Origin: Albugo candida
Lineage: Eukaryota
Length of the DNA stretch: 64,000 nt
Reading direction: 5' to 3'
Assembly: GCA_040437565.1 (NCBI GenBank)
Contig: JBDOQK010000014.1
Location: 186,001 to 250,000 of the forward strand
A program made the position numbers and the translations under genes. This document shows positions 60,431-64,000 of this stretch, piece by piece. The notes beneath the pieces are model-generated. The model made no database searches. It saw only the letters and a list, made by a program, of their open reading frames with translations, and was not told the DNA's origin. Positions within the stretch are counted from its first letter, which is position 1. The number at the start of each line of letters is the position of its first letter.

Positions 60431-62743
60431 TTACAAAGATGCACGAACTTGCAATGTTGCGTCGACCATGTTACGCAACGCCGCAATTGTTTCAGGCCAT
60501 TTTCGCGTCTTCAGACCGCAATCCGGATTCACTACGATCTGTTCCGCAGGAAGGAGGTTCAAAAAGCTTTCCAATTTCTGAACAATAGCTTCTTTCGGCG
60601 GTACGACCGGAGAATGAATGTCGTACGTGCCAGGTCCAATACCACGCAAGTACCCAATTGCTTTGAATGAGCGGATGGTTTCATCATCGGAACGAGCGTT
60701 TTCGATAGAATTGACATCAGCGTCCAATGCGTCGATAGCGTTCATACAATCCGCAAATTCACAGTAGCACATATGCGTGTGGATGGATGTCTCATTTTTC
60801 GCAACTGCTGTACTCAGACGGAATGCATCGACAGCCCATTTCAGATACGCATCTTTTTTGGAAGCTTTAAGAGGCATTCCTTCGCGAAGAGCTGGTTCAT
60901 CGACTTGGATGACAGAGCATTTGGCGGCTTCGAGGTCTGCGACTTCGTCTCGCAAACACAATGCCAACTGGAATGCTTGATCTTTTCGGCTTATGTCTTG
61001 ACGTGCGAATGACCAATTTAGGATTGTCACTGGACCGGTCAACATTCCTTTGACAGGCTTGCTGGTGAACGATTGCGCCACAACGAACTCACGGACAGTC
61101 ATGCTAACAGGACGAACCAGATCAGCAAAAATGATCGGAGGACGAACACAACGCGAGCCATAACTTTGTACCCAGCCATTTTGGGTAAAAGCAAAGCCGT
61201 CAAGTTTTTCCGCAAAGTACTCGACCATGTCCGTTCGCTCTGGCTCACCATGAACTAAAATATCGAGTCCCAGGGCTTCCTGAATGCCAATGTTGTAAGC
61301 GATTTGCTCGTCAATACGGGCACGGTACTCTTCAATGGAGATCTCTCCTGCTTTCAGCTTTCGACGGAGGGCACGGATTTGAGGTGTTTGGGGAAAAGAT
61401 CCAATGGTTGTGGTGGGTAAGATTGGAAGTCCTTTCAACTGATGTTGGCGGCGCTCGGGGAATGGAGAAGATCGTGTCAAATCAGCACCGTTGATGTCAT
61501 TCATTCGTGAGTGGACAGTTTCTTTCGCGGGATTTTCCTGATAGTAAGTGTTCCAATGATTTTCCACATCGTTGATCGCATCTCTGGATACTTGTTCTCC
61601 TTTGATGGTAATTGTTTTCAGTAGATTCATTTCTGACAGCTTTTCATATGCAAAGCTCAATACTCCAAGCAAACCCTTGATATCACCGTTTTCCAGTGAT
61701 TGCTCACACTTTGTTGTGTACGGAACATGTTGAAGTGAGCAACTCATTTGGATGGATAAAGACGTGTTTTTTTTCGCCTGAAGAACATCGAGGATATCAT
61801 GGAGCAAGGAAAGTGTCTTTTTAGGCACAAACTTCCAAACAGAACGGCCATCAATAACACCAGCTCCGAGACATTTGCCATCAGCAAATCCAAACTTGCG
61901 AATAATCGAAAGGTTGTCACCTCGAGTGAAGTCCAATGAGATTGCCGCGACTTTCGATCGGAGAAACCACTGATATACATCTGCGTTAATTTCTTCAAAA
62001 TACGTCACAAGATTGACAGAAATCGCTGAGTGATCAATGATTCCTTGTTCGTTTTCAGACCCGTAAACTTTAGGAATGTATTTCAAGAGTTTTTCTGCAG
62101 CATTTGAAACCAGTGAAGGCTCATGAATTTGAACATGTCTAACGCCAAGCTGATGGAGCGAATCAAACAGCTGCTTGTAGAGAGGTAGAACGCTCTCGAA
62201 TAGGTTGTCAAATGTGACTCCCTCGAATTTACCCAAGCTTAGATACGTCAGAGGTCCCAAAATAACAGGAATTGTCTTTTCCTGTCCAACAACCTTAAAT
62301 GCGCGCTTGACATGATCCAAAAAAGGCTCAAAATTGGCTTTTGGACATGTTTTGGCATTGAATTCTGGAACCTCATAATGATAGTTTGTATCAAACCATT
62401 TGGTCATGTCCAGTGCTGGAATACCATCCATTCCACGTGCCATGGCGAAATATTGCTCTAAACCGACTTGCAAATGCTGGAAACGCTCCGGAGCGCAGCC
62501 GAGGTAGTATGTCCAGTCCAGTACATGGTCATATAGAGAAAACATGCCAACAGGGACGCTATCAACTCCACGATCGAGTTGAGCTTGCCAATTAGCAGCT
62601 TCCACAGTGTGTGCTACGTCATACAATTCATTTTCGGTGATTTTATGACGCCAAAATTTTTCCAGCGCAAATTTTAGCTCTCGGACGGGACCCATACGAG
62701 GGAACCCGAGAGTGGAGCTGGTCACAGGTATCGTTGCCGCCAT
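60431..62743 (-). CDS. metE: Cobalamin-independent methionine synthase
   Basis: LGFPRMGPVRELKFALE, MTKWFDTNYHY, PTTTIGSFPQT, HGEPERTDMVEYF, HTHMCY, VNPDCGLKTR. ATG at 62743. Confidence 0.98.
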   Translation of the reverse strand: MAATIPVTSSTLGFPRMGPVRELKFALEKFWRHKITENELYDVAHTVEAANWQAQLDRGVDSVPVGMFSLYDHVLDWTYYLGCAPERFQHLQVGLEQYFAMARGMDGIPALDMTKWFDTNYHYEVPEFNAKTCPKANFEPFLDHVKRAFKVVGQEKTIPVILGPLTYLSLGKFEGVTFDNLFESVLPLYKQLFDSLHQLGVRHVQIHEPSLVSNAAEKLLKYIPKVYGSENEQGIIDHSAISVNLVTYFEEINADVYQWFLRSKVAAISLDFTRGDNLSIIRKFGFADGKCLGAGVIDGRSVWKFVPKKTLSLLHDILDVLQAKKNTSLSIQMSCSLQHVPYTTKCEQSLENGDIKGLLGVLSFAYEKLSEMNLLKTITIKGEQVSRDAINDVENHWNTYYQENPAKETVHSRMNDINGADLTRSSPFPERRQHQLKGLPILPTTTIGSFPQTPQIRALRRKLKAGEISIEEYRARIDEQIAYNIGIQEALGLDILVHGEPERTDMVEYFAEKLDGFAFTQNGWVQSYGSRCVRPPIIFADLVRPVSMTVREFVVAQSFTSKPVKGMLTGPVTILNWSFARQDISRKDQAFQLALCLRDEVADLEAAKCSVIQVDEPALREGMPLKASKKDAYLKWAVDAFRLSTAVAKNETSIHTHMCYCEFADCMNAIDALDADVNSIENARSDDETIRSFKAIGYLRGIGPGTYDIHSPVVPPKEAIVQKLESFLNLLPAEQIVVNPDCGLKTRKWPETIAALRNMVDATLQVRASL

Positions 62744-62946
62744 ATTCTGAAATGAAGAATTACGAGGTGAGCGACTTTGTATCAAATAAGTGGTGGAGAT
62801 TGAATTACTGATATGATTCGTCGAAATTCGGGTAAAGACAGAAAATAACCAATCATACACCCTGACGCTTCTGGCATGTTGGACATTATTTCTTCCCTTT
62901 TGCTCTCTTGCATTTTGTTCTATATTTTGCGTTTTGTTCACAAAGT

Positions 62947-64000
62947 ATGGGAAATACGAGACCCGAAAGCGTGTGCGTGGACACAGATATGGTTTCAATT
63001 TCAAGTTAAGCTGCATTCCTTACTAGTTTGGTTCGAAGGAGCAGATAAAACATTGGAAGTGCTACCAGCCGCTGAGAAATTGCATCCGTTTGTGCTTAAA
63101 ATTATGGGCCAAAATCCGGGAAAAATGACACTTCAAGGAACCAACACGTATTTGGTCGGTATGGAGAAGAATCGACTACTGATTGATTGCAGTGACGGCA
63201 ATGATGCGTACATCGAATTACTGGCCCGGGTTTGCCAAGAGCATGGAGTGGAGCATATCAGCGACTTACTTCTCACACATGGACATCTTGATCATATGGG
63301 AGGAATTATGCACATCAAAAAGCTTTTTCCGGGAATTCGCGTATGGAAGTATATGAGCAATTCGGAAAGGAAGTCGAAGGGAGGGCTTCGAGTTCGAGAT
63401 CTTAGTTTGAAGGAGTCTTTTAGTGTTGGAGAAAACGTAACTTTGACGCCAATCTATGCGCCTGGACATAGTATGGACCATGTATGTTTTCTTCTTGATT
63501 TGGCTTGCACTCTGCAGGGCGCGAGAAAGCGATTTCTTTTCACGGGAGACTGCATTTTGGGTACTGGGAGCACTTCTTTCACATCGCTACATTCGCTCTT
63601 AGCAACTTTGAAGAAGCTAAAGGCATTACAATCAGACACGATGTATCCTGGTCACGGACCTATTATCGTAGATACTGATGGGAAGATCAATGACTACGTC
63701 GAACATCGTCTACAGCGTGAACGAGACATTCTGTTGATAATAAAAAAAGCGAAGGCTCCGATTGATGTCGATGAAATCACAAATATACTCTATCAGAACG
63801 TCACCTTTCTTGTCAAGATGGCGGCAAAGCGATCTGTTTTCCAGCATTTGATAAAACTGAAAGAGGATGGTAGAGTCAAGGTCAAAGTACAGCAGCATCG
63901 CTCGTTATTCTGTTGCTCAACAAAGCTGTATGAGCTCACGGGACAGAAGGATCTTATTCACAAATCGAACGTTTTTGAGAACTTTCATGAGTCGAATAAC
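62947..64000 (+). CDS. LACTB2: Metallo-beta-lactamase-fold protein, LACTB2-like (runs off window end; start uncertain)
   Basis: My translation (absent from the ORF track because no stop falls in the window): MGQNPGKMTLQGTNTYLVG, LLTHGHLDHMGG (HxHxDH), APGHSMDH, LFTGDCILG, YPGHGP, YVEHRLQRE. Confidence 0.85.

Noticed and set aside
62744..63016. 91-aa N-terminal extension of MetE in the ORF track
   Set aside because: It begins at a non-ATG codon and overlaps the divergent gene's start region. Homology begins at ATG 62743.
60431..64000. Bacterial contamination or recent HGT of metE plus a beta-lactamase
   Set aside because: Both families are widespread in eukaryotes, composition matches the neighbours, and they are contiguous with an intron-containing MYB gene. 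The MBL-fold protein is LACTB2-like, not a resistance enzyme.

Overview
Eukaryotic DNA, not prokaryotic: genes carry short (~50-65 nt) GT-AG introns, and the gene set (BT1 transporter, ISWI, Nop9, ALY/REF, R2R3-type MYB, OS-9-like lectin, MetE) in a compact layout fits an oomycete. Albugo-like is an inference only. It is a draft scaffold with thirteen 100-N gaps, most flanked by duplicated sequence (assembly overlaps). Layout: (1) 1-11.6 kb, decayed repeats, including two Tc1/mariner copies (one with intact TIRs and TA target duplication) and a copia nested in another copia; (2) 11.7-33.8 kb, dense gene block including a long secreted acidic-repeat protein with two RKLQ motifs; (3) 34.4-56 kb, gene-poor, with a full-length decayed chromodomain Gypsy element holding a perfectly homogeneous 148-bp tandem array, plus L1-type LINE remnants; (4) 56.5-64 kb, second gene block (OS-9-like, MYB, metE, LACTB2-like). 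I found no rRNA, tRNA or CRISPR, and I cannot support a clearly new multi-gene system. The best leads are the 148-bp array and the secreted repeat protein.
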